Positions 32,941-47,243 of a DNA stretch of 64,000 bases are shown here, piece after piece (position 1 is the stretch's first letter; every line of letters begins with the position of its first letter). The notes under the pieces were generated by a model. The model saw only the letters and a program-made list of their open reading frames with translations. It was not told where the DNA came from and searched no databases. The DNA lies in assembly GCF_009914755.1 (NCBI RefSeq), contig NC_060927.1; one strand, given 5' to 3'. The position numbers and the translations under genes were made by a program. The stretch comes from the human T2T-CHM13v2.0 reference genome, Homo sapiens.

Positions 32941-33430
32941 TACTGTTGGTTTCACATGTGTTTATATTGATGGATATTTGAATCAAAAAGATAACTAGCT
33001 ATGATTGCTTCAGATAAGCCTAAGGTATGCAGAGTACTGATAATCTACTTGATACAGGCATGGCGCCCAGGTATGCTCACGAATGGGTCAATCCTCCAGT
33101 AACAAGATCTTCAGAATGGGAAGTATAATGTTTTATCCTACTAAAGTAAAGCCAATACACCTATGTTAAATTACAGATTGATTTTAAATTTACAGATTTA
33201 CACAGGCATACTGAATATCTGTGTGTATGACTTTATTCCTTTCAATGCTATATTGAGGGACTATTTTCCCCCCAAAATGGCAAAAATTTTGAAGGCTGTA
33301 TAAGAAAGATTACATTTGGGAAACCAATTCTAGTCCAAATCTTCTACTTTACAAATGAGGAATTTAAAGTCCAGGTGGGTAAAGTAACCTGCTAAAAGTA
33401 ATACAGTTAATTGGTGTGAACCATGTTTAA

Positions 33431-33785
<355 letters not shown>

Positions 33786-34141
33786 TCAGGTTCTATTCTA
33801 AGTAGTGTGGAGCCTTATAATTTTAAAATTTAATCATAATGTTTAAGGTAAATATGATTACCCTATTGTTGTTATTATACTCATTGTACGGATAAGAAAA
33901 CTGAGGCTTAGCAATAATAAGTAATTTGTCCTAAGGTGAAAGGGCGGGAAAGGGGTGGATTTGGGGTTTGGACTCCAGTCTTTCTAATTCAGAGCCCAAG
34001 ATGTCAACTATGCAGCTCTACATCCAAATCGTGTAAAGCATTAGCAGATAATTGCAAAGCAGTTTCCCATCTGTATTTCTTCCAATGTCATACACCATCC
34101 CACTGCCCGGTTTACTGAGATCAGCTACCACGAAGCATAAC

Positions 34142-34568
<427 letters not shown>

Positions 34569-35739
34569 TAGCCAAAGTTCTTAATTTTCATGTGATGAAA
34601 TAATGCCATTGGAATACAAAAAACAATTTTAATAGTACATTCACAAACATTTTGTAATACCGTGATGTTTTCATAACAGTACGGTGCAACTTGTTAGAGA
34701 TGAGCCAGATATAATAGAACTTCTCTGAGAATTCTTCCTCTCAACCTCCTCCTTGCTTTATATTTTTAAATTTTACTAGACACTGATAGGATTTCAGCAA
34801 CAAACAATAGCTTTTAGGTAAGTCTTTCATCAGAAAGAGAATCTCAAGATTCCCTTTATAAACAGTGCCTTGATGAACCACCACCCTTTGGTGATGATCA
34901 AATGAAGCGAAGTTAATAGCATTCCACTCTCATTTCCCCTTGAGGACACTGGCTGCACAAGAAATATCAGTGTTTTATTTGGAGACTGTGGAGCCGAATA
35001 TTCTGCTGAAAAAGTGGAACCCAATGAAGCAAAGCTGCTATATAAGTATGAGAAAATATACTCTATGGAGAGCGTGATCATAGTTTCCTGGGTTTTCTCT
35101 CATCATAGTTGTATTAGTGTTATTATCTCCATTGTATAGACTGGGGAAGCTGAGCTGAGAGATGTTGATTTGTTCCTGAGGCCACAAAACCAGTGCGGAG
35201 TGGAACCCAGATGACACCCACATCGTTCTCCCTGCAAATGCACGTTCTTGCCGTCATTCCACGCTGGGGCAGGAGAGTTGGCAACACACGAGGGGGTCCT
35301 TGGAACATACACATTCCTGTGGGTGATCTCTTCCTCATTACTTCAGTTGCCTAAACATTTTGGGTGTGATTACAGAACTGAATTAATTACTGATGAGGCA
35401 GCTGGCCAGCACATAGAAAAGTCCCACTCGGATTGGGTATGTTCCCTCTAAGTGGAGAGTTGGATGGACTGTGGAGCATGGTTTTGCTCTTCCTAAGAGA
35501 AATGGCTGGGACAAATGGCCAGTGCCCAGCAGCCTGGGCTTTGGTTACAAATGATCATTACTCCAATTAAGAGCTGTAAATCAGACCATCTAGCCTTCTT
35601 TCCCCATGAAATGCATTGCACCAAGAGTTTTATCATCTGGAGGTAGAAAGTAGAAATCCCATAATAAAAAAGTTTTGTTATTGAATACCAGGATGTGTCA
35701 CAGCTCAAAGAACTTTATTTTTTCCAGCTATTGGAATGA

Positions 35740-36490
<751 letters not shown>

Positions 36491-36809
36491 AAAGCAATGA
36501 AACCAAGAACAGAAATGAAGATTATATCACTGTTTTTTGAGGGTGGGGGGTACAGGGGTGTTTTTACAATAGAAGTACCCAAGTTAAAAGGGAAAGGAAC
36601 ATTTATAACGGGAAATATTATTAGCGAATTTATTATTAGCTCAATCTCTTTTAGTCTCAACTAAATTCTCTTATTTCCATTACACATCATCTACAAGCTC
36701 CTTCTTTCCAGTTCTTGAACTCACTGATGGAAGCCATGTACCACCCTCCTGCTCCAATCCCCTCACCTCTTCCCCCACAGCTGCTTTGCCTTCTTCCTAT
36801 TGGTTTTCA

Positions 36810-37295
36810 CCAACCTGACCACGTCATTCCCCAGTTTCATCACATGCCAGTGCCTTTAAGATAAAGTCAAACTTTACTATGCCTTGGAGAATCTTTTGCA
36901 ATCCTGCCTGTGCTCACACCTCTAGCTTCACTATTCTCTTCCTCTCCAGGCTCCTGCCACTTTTCCTTCCACTTCCTGAAGTCACCATGTTCTCTCTCGC
37001 TTCTGGGCCTTTGCACATGCTCTTCCCTCTGCCTGGAACACCCCCATTCCCACCCACACCCCCAATTCAACACACAGACACCAATTCATGTTTCAGCTTT
37101 GAAGCCGAGGTCACTTCCTTCTGGAAGCTTCCCCAGCCATCATCCTGTTTCCAATCTGGGCTCCTCCTGCACCTTTACCCACTACAGCACTCAGACTACA
37201 CAGTTGTTTCCAGCTTCCTAGGTTGCCTCTCTCATTAGGTTGCATTTGTCTTGCATACCTCTAGTGTTGAGCATGGATTTTGGCACTTGGTTGTC
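36810..37295 (+). mobile_element. L2 fragment
   Basis: gggcctttgcacatgctcttccctctgcctggaaca...tcacttccttctggaagcttccc. Confidence 0.75.
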
Positions 37296-37302
37296 ACTCA
37301 GT

Positions 37303-37608
<306 letters not shown>

Positions 37609-38706
37609 TGATTTAAAAATAAAATAAAATAAAGGGATGCTTTATTTAGGAAATCTCTAAGTTTCAGCTTGGAGACTTTTCACCAGCTGCCGAGTGTCTG
37701 CTAGGCCCACCATGCCAGAAGTCACTTTGGCCCTCTTTCCTTGTTGCACGATCACCAGGAGGCATTGTAACCCCCTGGGGAGTCTTAGCTCACAGACCTT
37801 GCCATTTAGAGTGTAACATAAGAAGGTCAGTTCTGGAAGCAACATTGTCCGTGGTGGTACCTTTCAGCCCAGCAAAAAGTCAAAAAATAGGGTGGTCTCA
37901 GCCAAGGGTCAAATTGCAGATTCGATGCTTTATGTGTTTGGCAGCGCTCTAGAGACAAATACATTAATCATGGAGGTATGCAATCTGGTTGGAAAATTCA
38001 GGCCAGATAGAATGACATGGGGAGAAGTGCACACACAAACACACACAACCATGAGCTCTCTTATTTGTAAAAACCACATTAATGGATGGCAGCTCCCTAC
38101 CTCTGAAGTGATTTATAAATTAAAATAATTGCTTCTTTGAACTGTTCGATATTAATTGACCTATCACTAATGTACGCACAGTCTCTAAACCATCCAAACA
38201 TTACCTAAACATTTTTATTCTCTTTATTCTGGAAATCCAAAAAACCCACAAAAAATAGGCTCTTTGTTCTGGTGCCAAGGGTCATAAAGAAAAGCCATCA
38301 TCTTTGATGACTTTGCAATTCTTATTCTATTTCTTCATCAGATTAATTCTATGTGAAATAGTGAGTACTCTGAACTCACATGAGTCTTCCCACTCCCCTC
38401 ACTTCTTAACAATCTCATCCCCAAGCACATGGATTCAGTTCTAGTTCAGATTTCTGGTAATAAGAGGAAGGCAATTCATTTTTTTTTTTAATTAACCCTA
38501 GCTTTGAGTTCATATCCCAAACCACCCCAGAGTGTGGGCACCTGGCATTTCCTTTCTAGGTAAAATGAGGTAGAAACTAAATTGGCTGAGGCTCAGATGT
38601 GCATAGACTATGACAAGCTTGCCAGGGGTCCATTCTGCAAGGGTGACCTTGACCTGTATTGAAAGGCAGGCAGAAAAACACAGTGCTTAAGACAGGAGCT
38701 CTAAGG

Positions 38707-38936
38707 CAGTGGTTCTAAACCAGGGGTGATTTTGTCCCCCAGGGGAATTTGGTAATGTCTAGAGACATTTTTGGTTGTTACAGCTTGGGGTAAGAGGAGA
38801 AGGTGTTATTGGCATCAAATGAGTAGGGGTGAGGGATGTTGCTAAATATCCTGCAACGAATGCACAGCACCCCCTCAAAAAACCACAAGATTATCCATTC
38901 CAAATGTCAATAGTGCTGAGTCTGAGAAAAACCCTG
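38707..38936 (+). mobile_element. MER20 inserted in a MIR
   Basis: cagtggttctaaaccaggggtgattttgtcccccagggg...caaatgtcaatagtgctgag. Confidence 0.88.
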
Positions 38937-39916
38937 CCCTAGAGTCTGATACACTTGAATTTACATCTAGGTTTGCTCCTTAGTGGCTGTGTGATCTTGG
39001 GCAAGTTTCTTGATCTCTCTGAGCCTCAGGCATCTCTTCTAGAAGATGAAAATAGTGATAAAGCATCTTCTTTGTTGGCATTTTGTCAAGCCTGGTAGTT
39101 GTGAAGTTTTAAACTTATTTTCTATTTTTATTAATCTATTAATATTAGTGTACTTTAAGTGGAAATGCCTACTGTCGTGTTTTGAGGGGAAACTATAAAC
39201 ATTTCCATTTGCATTCCAAACCAATATTTTATTTTCTCTTTAAATTAATGCATAATAGGATATAAAATAAGTAATTCTATCTATAAGATCGAAGGATTTG
39301 AAAACTTTTCATTTAGTATGGCTAAGTAATATTAATTTCAAAATGTCAAAAACCCATTCTGTTACTAAGAAAAGATCAATATTTAACATGTACATTTACC
39401 AGCATCTACACAGATCCATGGTTTTTAAATTGGAAATACGATGATATTTACTTTAATTCAAATAGTAAAACAAAAACAAAAACCCAGTTCCCAGTGGGCA
39501 AAAACTCATCACTCTAAAATGCCTGAGAGAATGGAAGAAAATGGAAATATAAGTCATATTCTGATATTTTTCTATATGACAATAATATGTAATAGATTAA
39601 GCATGGGAATCAGCAAATATGACTTCTATATAACGCTATATAAAATTTAATATTTGAGTAAAGAAATCATGTTTATATTAAGAAGTTTCCTGAAACTGTT
39701 ATTTAAAATAAGTGTTTTGGTATCATATAGAATGAGTCTGCTATTGTCTTTATATAACTCTAAAAAATACTGTCCCAAAGTAATTTGATACGTGAAAATC
39801 ATTATCTCCCAACACTTCTTACTGCTGCAGCTCCCACTTCCTTGTGCTAGTCATTATTTAACAGGTTAAAGAGCACAGTCTTTTGGTTATTATGCAAATA
39901 TTTTTTGAGTGCTGAC

Positions 39917-39977
39917 TATACCTTTCCACCAAGATGTATGTTAGGGTATCCCTTTCCACCAAGGTGTGTGTTAGGGT
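39917..39977. repeat. 30-bp tandem duplication (2 copies)
   Basis: cctttccaccaagatgtatgttagggtatc / cctttccaccaaggtgtgtgttagggt. Confidence 0.9.
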
Positions 39978-40233
39978 TATAACTATGCTGTGGAACATGC
40001 AAATAGTCAGGAGGCAGGACAGCTAATGAGTGAGGACTCAGAGAGATGGCTTGACTTCTGGCTGAGCCACATCTTAGCTGGTGGCCCTTTGGACACCTTC
40101 TCAACTTGCCTGAAGCTTGGTATCCTAATCTGTAAAAAACAGGCTGATAGACTCTTTCTCATCATTTTGTTGAGAGGATGCTGGTACAAAGTCCCTAGCT
40201 GGGAGCTTGCTGTTTATTAAAAACATTGCTCAA

Positions 40234-40410
40234 GGGTGGGCGCAGTTGTTCATGTTTGTAATCCTAGCACCTCAGGTGGCTGAAGTGGGAGGACTGCTTG
40301 AGGCCAGGAGTTCAAGAGTAGCCTGGGCAATGTGACAAGACCCCGTCTCAACAAATAATAATAATAATGAAAATAACATTTTAAAAATAAAAATTTTAAA
40401 AAGTAATAAA
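40234..40410 (+). mobile_element. FLAM_C-like Alu monomer
   Basis: Single arm ending gaccccgtctca plus A-rich tail; flanks cattgctcaa/aattcctcaa. Confidence 0.85.
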
Positions 40411-40874
40411 AAAGAAAATTCCTCAAAAATAGTTAGCTGTACTAGCATGACCATTGTGTTATTTTTATAGTCGAGAAATATCCTGGCTTTGGAAAATGGA
40501 GGCTGTTTTTCTACTGGGAAATTTAAAAAGCATTACAAACCAGAGGCTGAATAACTCTTATTTCCTAGCATAGTGTGTATAAGCTTACCAAATGGAGCCA
40601 GCTGTCGCAAAAACAACCCAGCGTTGCTATTGTTTTTTCTAAACTTCTGATGACCAACTGGCTGCTTAATCCAGTAGCTGGCCGACTTCTCTACATTGCA
40701 TTGTTTACATATTTTCCTTAGACACGAGGTAGTGTTGAGAAACAAATCCTTTAGCATTCTCAAATTCAGAGCTTCTGTACACCCAGCTAGCCAACAGCAA
40801 AATCCTAAATGGTGGGGAAGAAAAAACACTCAACATGATATATATGCAATACTTTTTGGGGGGGCTGGGGGCAG

Positions 40875-41162
40875 GACAAAGACTCCCTGTCACCCAAGCT
40901 GGAGTGCAATGGTGAGATCTTGGCCTTCCACAACCTCCACCTCCCGGGTTCAAGCCATCCCCCCATCTCAGCCTCCTGAGTACCTGGGATCACAGGCGCA
41001 TGCCAACATGCCCAGCTAAATTTTGTATTTTTTTTTTTTATAGACAGGGTCTTGCCATATTGCCCAGGCTGGTCTTGATCTCCTAGGCTCAAGCAATCCT
41101 AGGCTCAGGCGATCCACCTCCCAAAGGGCTGGGATTATAGGCACGAGCCACCATGCTCAGCC
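40875..41162 (-). mobile_element. AluJ
   Basis: Antisense dimer; a G-rich run sits where the T-tail is expected. Confidence 0.88.
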
Positions 41163-41429
41163 TCTTTTTTTTTTTTTAAATACAAGTAGTATTTATTGAT
41201 TTTCTTATTATAAAAGCAATGTATATTTCTCATTGAAAATACAAAAATGCAAAAAGAAAAAAATGCAAAGATTTGCCTCTAATCTCAATGCCCAGAGATG
41301 ATAATTCTTCTGTTTTGCTTTTTTTTTTTTTTTTTGCATGTATACATAATGTGTTACTTTTCCTTCAACAAAATTTTCTTATTTCATTTAATACTCTTAT
41401 CAGGATCACTAAATGTTATTGTATTAGAG

Positions 41430-41632
41430 TAAAGGTCAGCACATTTTTTCTGTGAAGGGCCAAATTGTAAGGATTTTAGGTTTTCTGGGCCATATAGTCT
41501 CTGTCACAACTACCGGATTCTGCCATTTTAGCATGAAAGCAGCCATAGACAATCTGTAAATGATTGGATGTGGCTGGATTCTGCCCACGGTGGCCTGAAT
41601 TTCTCCCTTGGCCTGTAGTTTGTTGACTCCTA
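41430..41632 (-). mobile_element. MER58A
   Basis: ttttttctgtgaagggccaaat...gggccatatagtctctgtcacaactac...gcagccatagacaat. Confidence 0.85.
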
Positions 41633-42169
41633 TACAAAAGCGTCATCAGTTGTTGTAATATTAATAGTTTATTAAAAGTAATTATACTAGTGTTATCAGT
41701 ACTTATATTTCATCATAATAGTTAATTACTTTTTAATCCTTTGTGTCTTGGAGACTCCTTGAAGAGTTGTCTTGTTCGTGCCTATTTTGCGGAATTGGAT
41801 ATAAAAAGACAACAACCAAGCATTAAAGGAGAATGGTTTTCTGGAGGTTAAGAAACACAAGAACTCTGACACTGCCCATAATTAAGGGTGTGCTTTTGTC
41901 CACCACCATAATTTCCTAAATTCCTAATGCTGTCTTGAGAGCAGCGTTCTCGTGCATGGTAGGAAAACGCTGCCTGGTACTCCTGGCTCTGAAAGGGCCG
42001 TTGCATTGTGTTACACGAAGACTGTGACTTCAACCCTCTGCCGCAGCTGCTACCAAGATCTCTTGCTTTCTCCAATTATAATGTTGGTCTTTCCTAGATT
42101 TTTCTAACGGGGAAAAAATATTCCTTTAATTGATTCCTTTTTGTTTGATTCTCTTAAAGCACAGAGGCA

Positions 42170-42600
42170 TTGGGTTGTAGGCTGTGTTTTTTGGGAAACG
42201 AACTTTAGGACAAATATTAGCATTCAGGAAGCTTATTAGGGAGTGCTCCAGGGATCAACACTTGTGGATTGGAATGGGACAGAGGTGGGGTGGGCAGAGG
42301 GAGAAGTTGGGCTGTGTTACAGTCTCAACAAAGGCCTCAGCTGATCCCATTGGAAGCTCTAGAGCTGGGATGGCCCTTCAGAATTGTCCAGAGTTGCAGA
42401 GAGGGAGGATGGCCTTTATACACTGGCGTTTACTAGTTTTTGGCTGAGGCTACCCCAAGAAGGGCAAGGTGCTCTCTTCAGCAGAGTCTTTTTGCAAAGA
42501 GGGTCAACAACCAAGTGTTGGCTTCTGACAACACTCCCAGTAACTGGGAGAGTAATCCCTTCATTCCTGCAGGGGTTTCTGGATGGTATGGCATGTCTAC
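42170..42600 (-). mobile_element. LTR16-family ERVL LTR
   Basis: gggagtgctccagggatcaacac...gggcagagggagaagttgggctg...aaggcctcagctgatccc...agagctgggatggccc. Confidence 0.8.
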
Positions 42601-43829
42601 CATCTCATGGGTAAAGTCTAGAGGAGAAACTTGCTCAAGTCAATGCTCTGTTCTTCATTTCAAAATATCATTGTAGTAACGTTCTGAAGCAGTGTGAAAG
42701 TTTAAGTTTGGTTTAATTAAGTCATTTGGTTTAATAGCTTCATTCAACCATCTTATGAATATCAAGACCTGCAAACCCTCTATATGTAAGATACTGTTGT
42801 CTGTGTGAGTGAGATACAAAAACAAATTCAAGGCATGAGTCTTGTCCTCAGAGAGCTTATAGCATTTTGGGAGAATTCAGGAATATGAGGTATAAGGTAA
42901 AATGAAAGGTGACAGTACTGGGATGATACAGCGATTCCTGGTCCTAAGAAACCATGGTTCAGCGAACTCAAATGCATACAGAATTCTCATTTTATTTTTT
43001 AAGCCATTGCCCTTTATAAGTTTATTAATAACTGGTATTAGTAACAATCATGGCTCAATTTCTGCTGCAAGAAAGCCTAGAGTCAGAAACAGAATGTAGC
43101 TCTGTGGCAAAACTTGGAGACTGGTGTCATGGCCAAAATTTGTTGTTACCAATAGACACAGAGTCATCTGAAATCCCCTGCCTTAGTTAACCCAGCTCTT
43201 GCACCAGGATCCATTACATTCTTCTGGATGTCACTTCCCCCCCACCCCCGTGATTGTATATAATTTAGCAGGATATTATAATACATTGCAGATATTACTC
43301 GTGGGTCCCATTGAATAAAACTACCACATTAAAAATGTACTTTGGCTCACAAATGGAATGCAGCTTCAGCTTTTTCACCTGCAAGTCAAAAATGAGGTCC
43401 CTGTACAATTAAAAAGTGAATGTGGGACTTTTTACTGGTGCCTGGAGGATTGTGAACCAAGTTCTAGTTTATGAAAAAGTATATGAGGAATTCAAATGAG
43501 GGTAAAAGAGATCTCATTCAGAACACATAAAATACCAAAATAATTGCTTCTGTGAGACATACATGATGGCATATACCACTGCACAGGATTTTGTAGATTT
43601 TAGGAAATACTGGACATCAAATTTTGGTTGTCCCCAATGAGACAATTCTGCACCAATGACCAATGGTTTCATTCACTTATCCATTTATTTATTCATGTAT
43701 TCATTCCTTCACTCAATACAGGACTGCTGTGTTGTGCATCTCCAGGCAGCACCGTTCATATCATTGTCTATGTGGATGAAGCCCCTGGAGCTTAGCAGTA
43801 CACAGCCTGCGCAACCACATTCAGTGGCC

Positions 43830-44560
43830 TTAACTAAACAATATTTACTGGATGAGTGTGTTCCAGGTGCTGTTCCAGGCTAGGCATTGAGAATAGAGCA
43901 GTGAGCAAGACAGACTTGATCTTGCCATCATGGAGATTTATTTTAGATAAGGGCCTACAAAAAATGAATAATTACAAAAATCACATAAATATGAATTTAA
44001 ATAAGTGCTATGAAGTATAGGAACAGGATAGTCTATGGACCTCTGACAGTGAGACCTACTATTCTGGACTGGCAGGAAAGAAATTCTGAGGAAGCAGTAT
44101 TTAAGTTGAAGCCTGAAGACTAAGTATATTTATATTATGTGAATACTGGGACTGGGGAGAATGTTTCAGAAAGAGGGAACAGTAAGCAGTTCAGGCAGGA
44201 GCACAGGATAGCCAAGGAATTCTGGCCGGGTGCAGAAATGGGAGATGGAGGAGACGGGGCTAGAAAGACAGTCAGGCACCAGACCTTTCAGGGTTTTGGA
44301 GAATGTGTTGACAATTTTGGTCTTCATCCTAAGAAAAATTGCAAGACATTGGATGTCCTATGCAAGAGAGTGACCTTTAGCTACGTCGCACTATCTGCAT
44401 TATGGAGAAGGCATTTGACATGGACAAGAACATATATGGTTGACAAGATGGGGGCCGTTGCAGTAACACAAGTGAGAGGTAGTGGTGGCTTGCTCTGGGG
44501 CAATGCCAAAGAATATGATAAGTAGACAGATCAGAGAGATTTTCACATGGAATGTCGTGC
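43830..44560 (-). mobile_element. L2 fragment
   Basis: aacaatatttactggatg...gcagtgagcaagacagac...taagtgctatgaag...tttggtcttcatcctaag. Confidence 0.7.
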
Positions 44561-45299
44561 CCTAATCTCACTCTTTGTTATTTATTGGCCAGTAGCTCTG
44601 AGTTATTTTGACCTTTGAGTGCTCTCAGGCAATATTAATTATCAACTAGTGTGAGTGACTCTGTGAAAGGCAGAATTATGTGAGTAAACATCAAAGATCA
44701 CTGAAATCAAGTATTGCATTTGGCTATTAATATATTACATAGCTAATAAAACAGTCATTGCCCTTTTATGTATCAAAAGCCCATTTGTCAACCTCAAATT
44801 TAAGCCCTCTGTCCTCTTCCATATCATGTGGTACCTACGTCTATGGGATTGTGGCAGAGATTCAAAGAGAGAATATATCTAAAGTATTTTGCACAATGCC
44901 TGCAAGATCATACTTATTATTAACTACTTTTTACTACTGTTATTACTCATGCCTATATTACGTTGGGGTTTAGGATGAGATTTAATTACATCCCTTTTCC
45001 TCTAAGTTGGGTACCAAAATTTGAGTAAACAGATACAGGTGTCAAACCAAGAGAGATGAAATTATTAGTTTTATTGCTGATATTGCTAACTTCAAGAATG
45101 TGGATTGGCTTTTCTGCCAAATCTAGTGATTGGTACAGATAACAATATGAAACCTGTATATCTGTACATCATAATTTCTCCTTTGCCTCCCTCACAAAGG
45201 GTAAGAGCAAGACATGAACCCTGGTCCTCACCCAGGTATACTTATATCAGGGAAAAACTGAGGAGAACATGCTCCTTCCTCAGGTGAATCACAGAGCAG

Positions 45300-45520
45300 A
45301 GAAGTTGAGAGCCTGAATCCTGGAGCTAGACTTTGTGAGTCATCTTGGCTGTGGCATTCATCAGCCAAGCAGCAATGCAAGTCTCTCAGTGTTTCTGTGA
45401 CTCAGTCTCCTCATCTGTAAAATGGGAATGATAGTCGTACTACCTGCTAGGACAAGTGTGAGGATTGAATGAGTGCAAATATTGATCTCTGGAACATAGA
45501 AACTCCGATATATGTTTATC
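45300..45520 (+). mobile_element. MIR
   Basis: ctcagtctcctcatctgtaaaatgggaatgatagt. Confidence 0.8.
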
Positions 45521-46464
45521 ATTATCAATATTTATGAGGAGAATTTAGAAAGCACTGCTCCATACATGCCTCTTCAAACCCCCTAACAGAGAGGTTATTC
45601 CTCTCCCCAGGGGAAGAGCCAATGAGATGACTGGAAGAGAAGCATTGCTCCCATACTTCTCCTTCCTGAGGGGTGGGGTGTGAAGCCCTCCCTCTCTGCT
45701 GAACATTGAGCAGAAGGAAGGCAAGGTTTACTTTCCCCATATTCTATTATTTGACATAGTTGGCCTCCAACAACCTGACCTCTGCAGGTCCCTGTATCTA
45801 CCTGGAGAGAAAGAGCTTTGTCATATTCATCAGTATATGCTTCCATTCTATAGGGCCACACACTGGGCTTTGCATCCAGCTGGCACTCAAGCAGTGCTTG
45901 ATGGGTTTGAAGATGAGCATCTTTCTCTGAGATATTGTGTTCTTATTGGATTAAATAGTGAGGGGCTGCTGCCTGGTAGCAATATACTGGCCCTGAGTGG
46001 GAAGTGCGAATGAGGTCCCCTTGGTCTACCCCCTTTCTCTGGGCCCTCTGGCCATCTGCATCCTGATTTACACCCTGAAATTTTAGGAAACCGGAAGCTA
46101 ACTAAAACTTTCTTAGCGCAGGGCAAACACTTTCTACATTGGCTTTCCTCACTTGTGCCTTTTTCCTGATCTAGAATGTTGGGCTTCTCTGGCAGAAGCA
46201 GAAATAAATAATTGAGAAAAAGCTTATTATCAGATGAACACATTATGCATTGATTTGTTCCTGCATGTGTATTCTCATAAGTTAGGTTTAATTAAATGTA
46301 CAATATAGTGGAAGGATTAAGTGAAATATGGGATAGCAACTGGGCAGGATATTAGGAGGTCACGGACATTAGTAAATCGGAAGATTGAGTAGCTACACAG
46401 AAAGCATTCACAAAATGATACTGAGTAAAGCCTAGCACTGAACTGTAGTAATAGTAATACTACA

Positions 46465-47209
46465 ATCCTAACATGAGTCATACACGTTTCCGTCATTATA
46501 ATTGTTACTTCCCAAAATAATTGTTATCTGTCTGCTGTATATTATCCACCTCCCCTAATTGCAACGTGTGTTAAATGGGACTTGGTCTCTTTTGTTGGTC
46601 TCTATAGCCCCCTGGCCTTGTGGCAGAGTTTGGCAAACTATGGCCAACCAGCCAAATCTGACCCACTGCCTGTTTTTTGTAAACAAAGTTTTATTGGAAC
46701 ACTTCCAGACCCACTGGTTTACATATTGTTCGTGGCTGCCTATGTGACAAAACAGTGAAGCTAAGCAGTTGTGTCGGACACTGTGTGGCCCTCACAGCCT
46801 ACACCTTTTACTATCTGGTCCACTATGGAAAATATTTGCTCATCCCTGGCCTAAACCACTGACTGACAAATATTAAGTGCTTAACAAACACTGATAGAAT
46901 GAAGGAGTGGAAGAAGAAATGAATACACATGGATACAGAGTGTAAGAAAATGCAGATAAATCAAAACTGTGAAAGGAATAGGTCTGTGCTTAAAATTTTT
47001 TTCTTTTTAAACCCTGTTGTATTTTGTTTAACAATATAGGTTGAGTATCTCTGATCTAAAAATTCAAAGTCTGAAATGCTGCAAAATCTGAAACGTTGTG
47101 AGCACCACTTGTTGGAGTATTTTGGATTTCAGATTTTCAGATTACGGATGCTTAACCCATAAGTATAATGCCAATATCCAAAAATATTCAAAATCCAAAA
47201 CATTTCTGG
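46465..47209 (+). repeat. Left arm of the ~750-bp inverted duplication (probable donor copy)
   Basis: Reverse complement of 49654-50426; same mosaic of L2 end, MER58A, unique sequence and Tigger4a. Confidence 0.95.
46624..46848 (+). mobile_element. MER58A within the left arm
   Basis: cagagtttggcaaactatggcc...aaagttttattggaacac...tttactatctgg. Confidence 0.9.
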
Positions 47210-47243
47210 TCCCAAGCATTTTGGATAAGGGATACTCAAACTA
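47037..47243 (-). mobile_element. Tigger4a with both TIRs, TA-flanked, 21-bp internal deletion
   Basis: ta|taggttgagtatc...ctggtcccaagcattttggataagggatactcaaacta|ta. Confidence 0.88.

Noticed and set aside
34811-34823. cttttAG|GTAAGT, resembling a recursive splice site
   Set aside because: Polypyrimidine tract is only 5 nt; expected by chance
41941-41973. Small hairpin gcagcgttctc...gaaaacgctgc
   Set aside because: An 11-bp imperfect stem is within chance expectation; no ncRNA motifs
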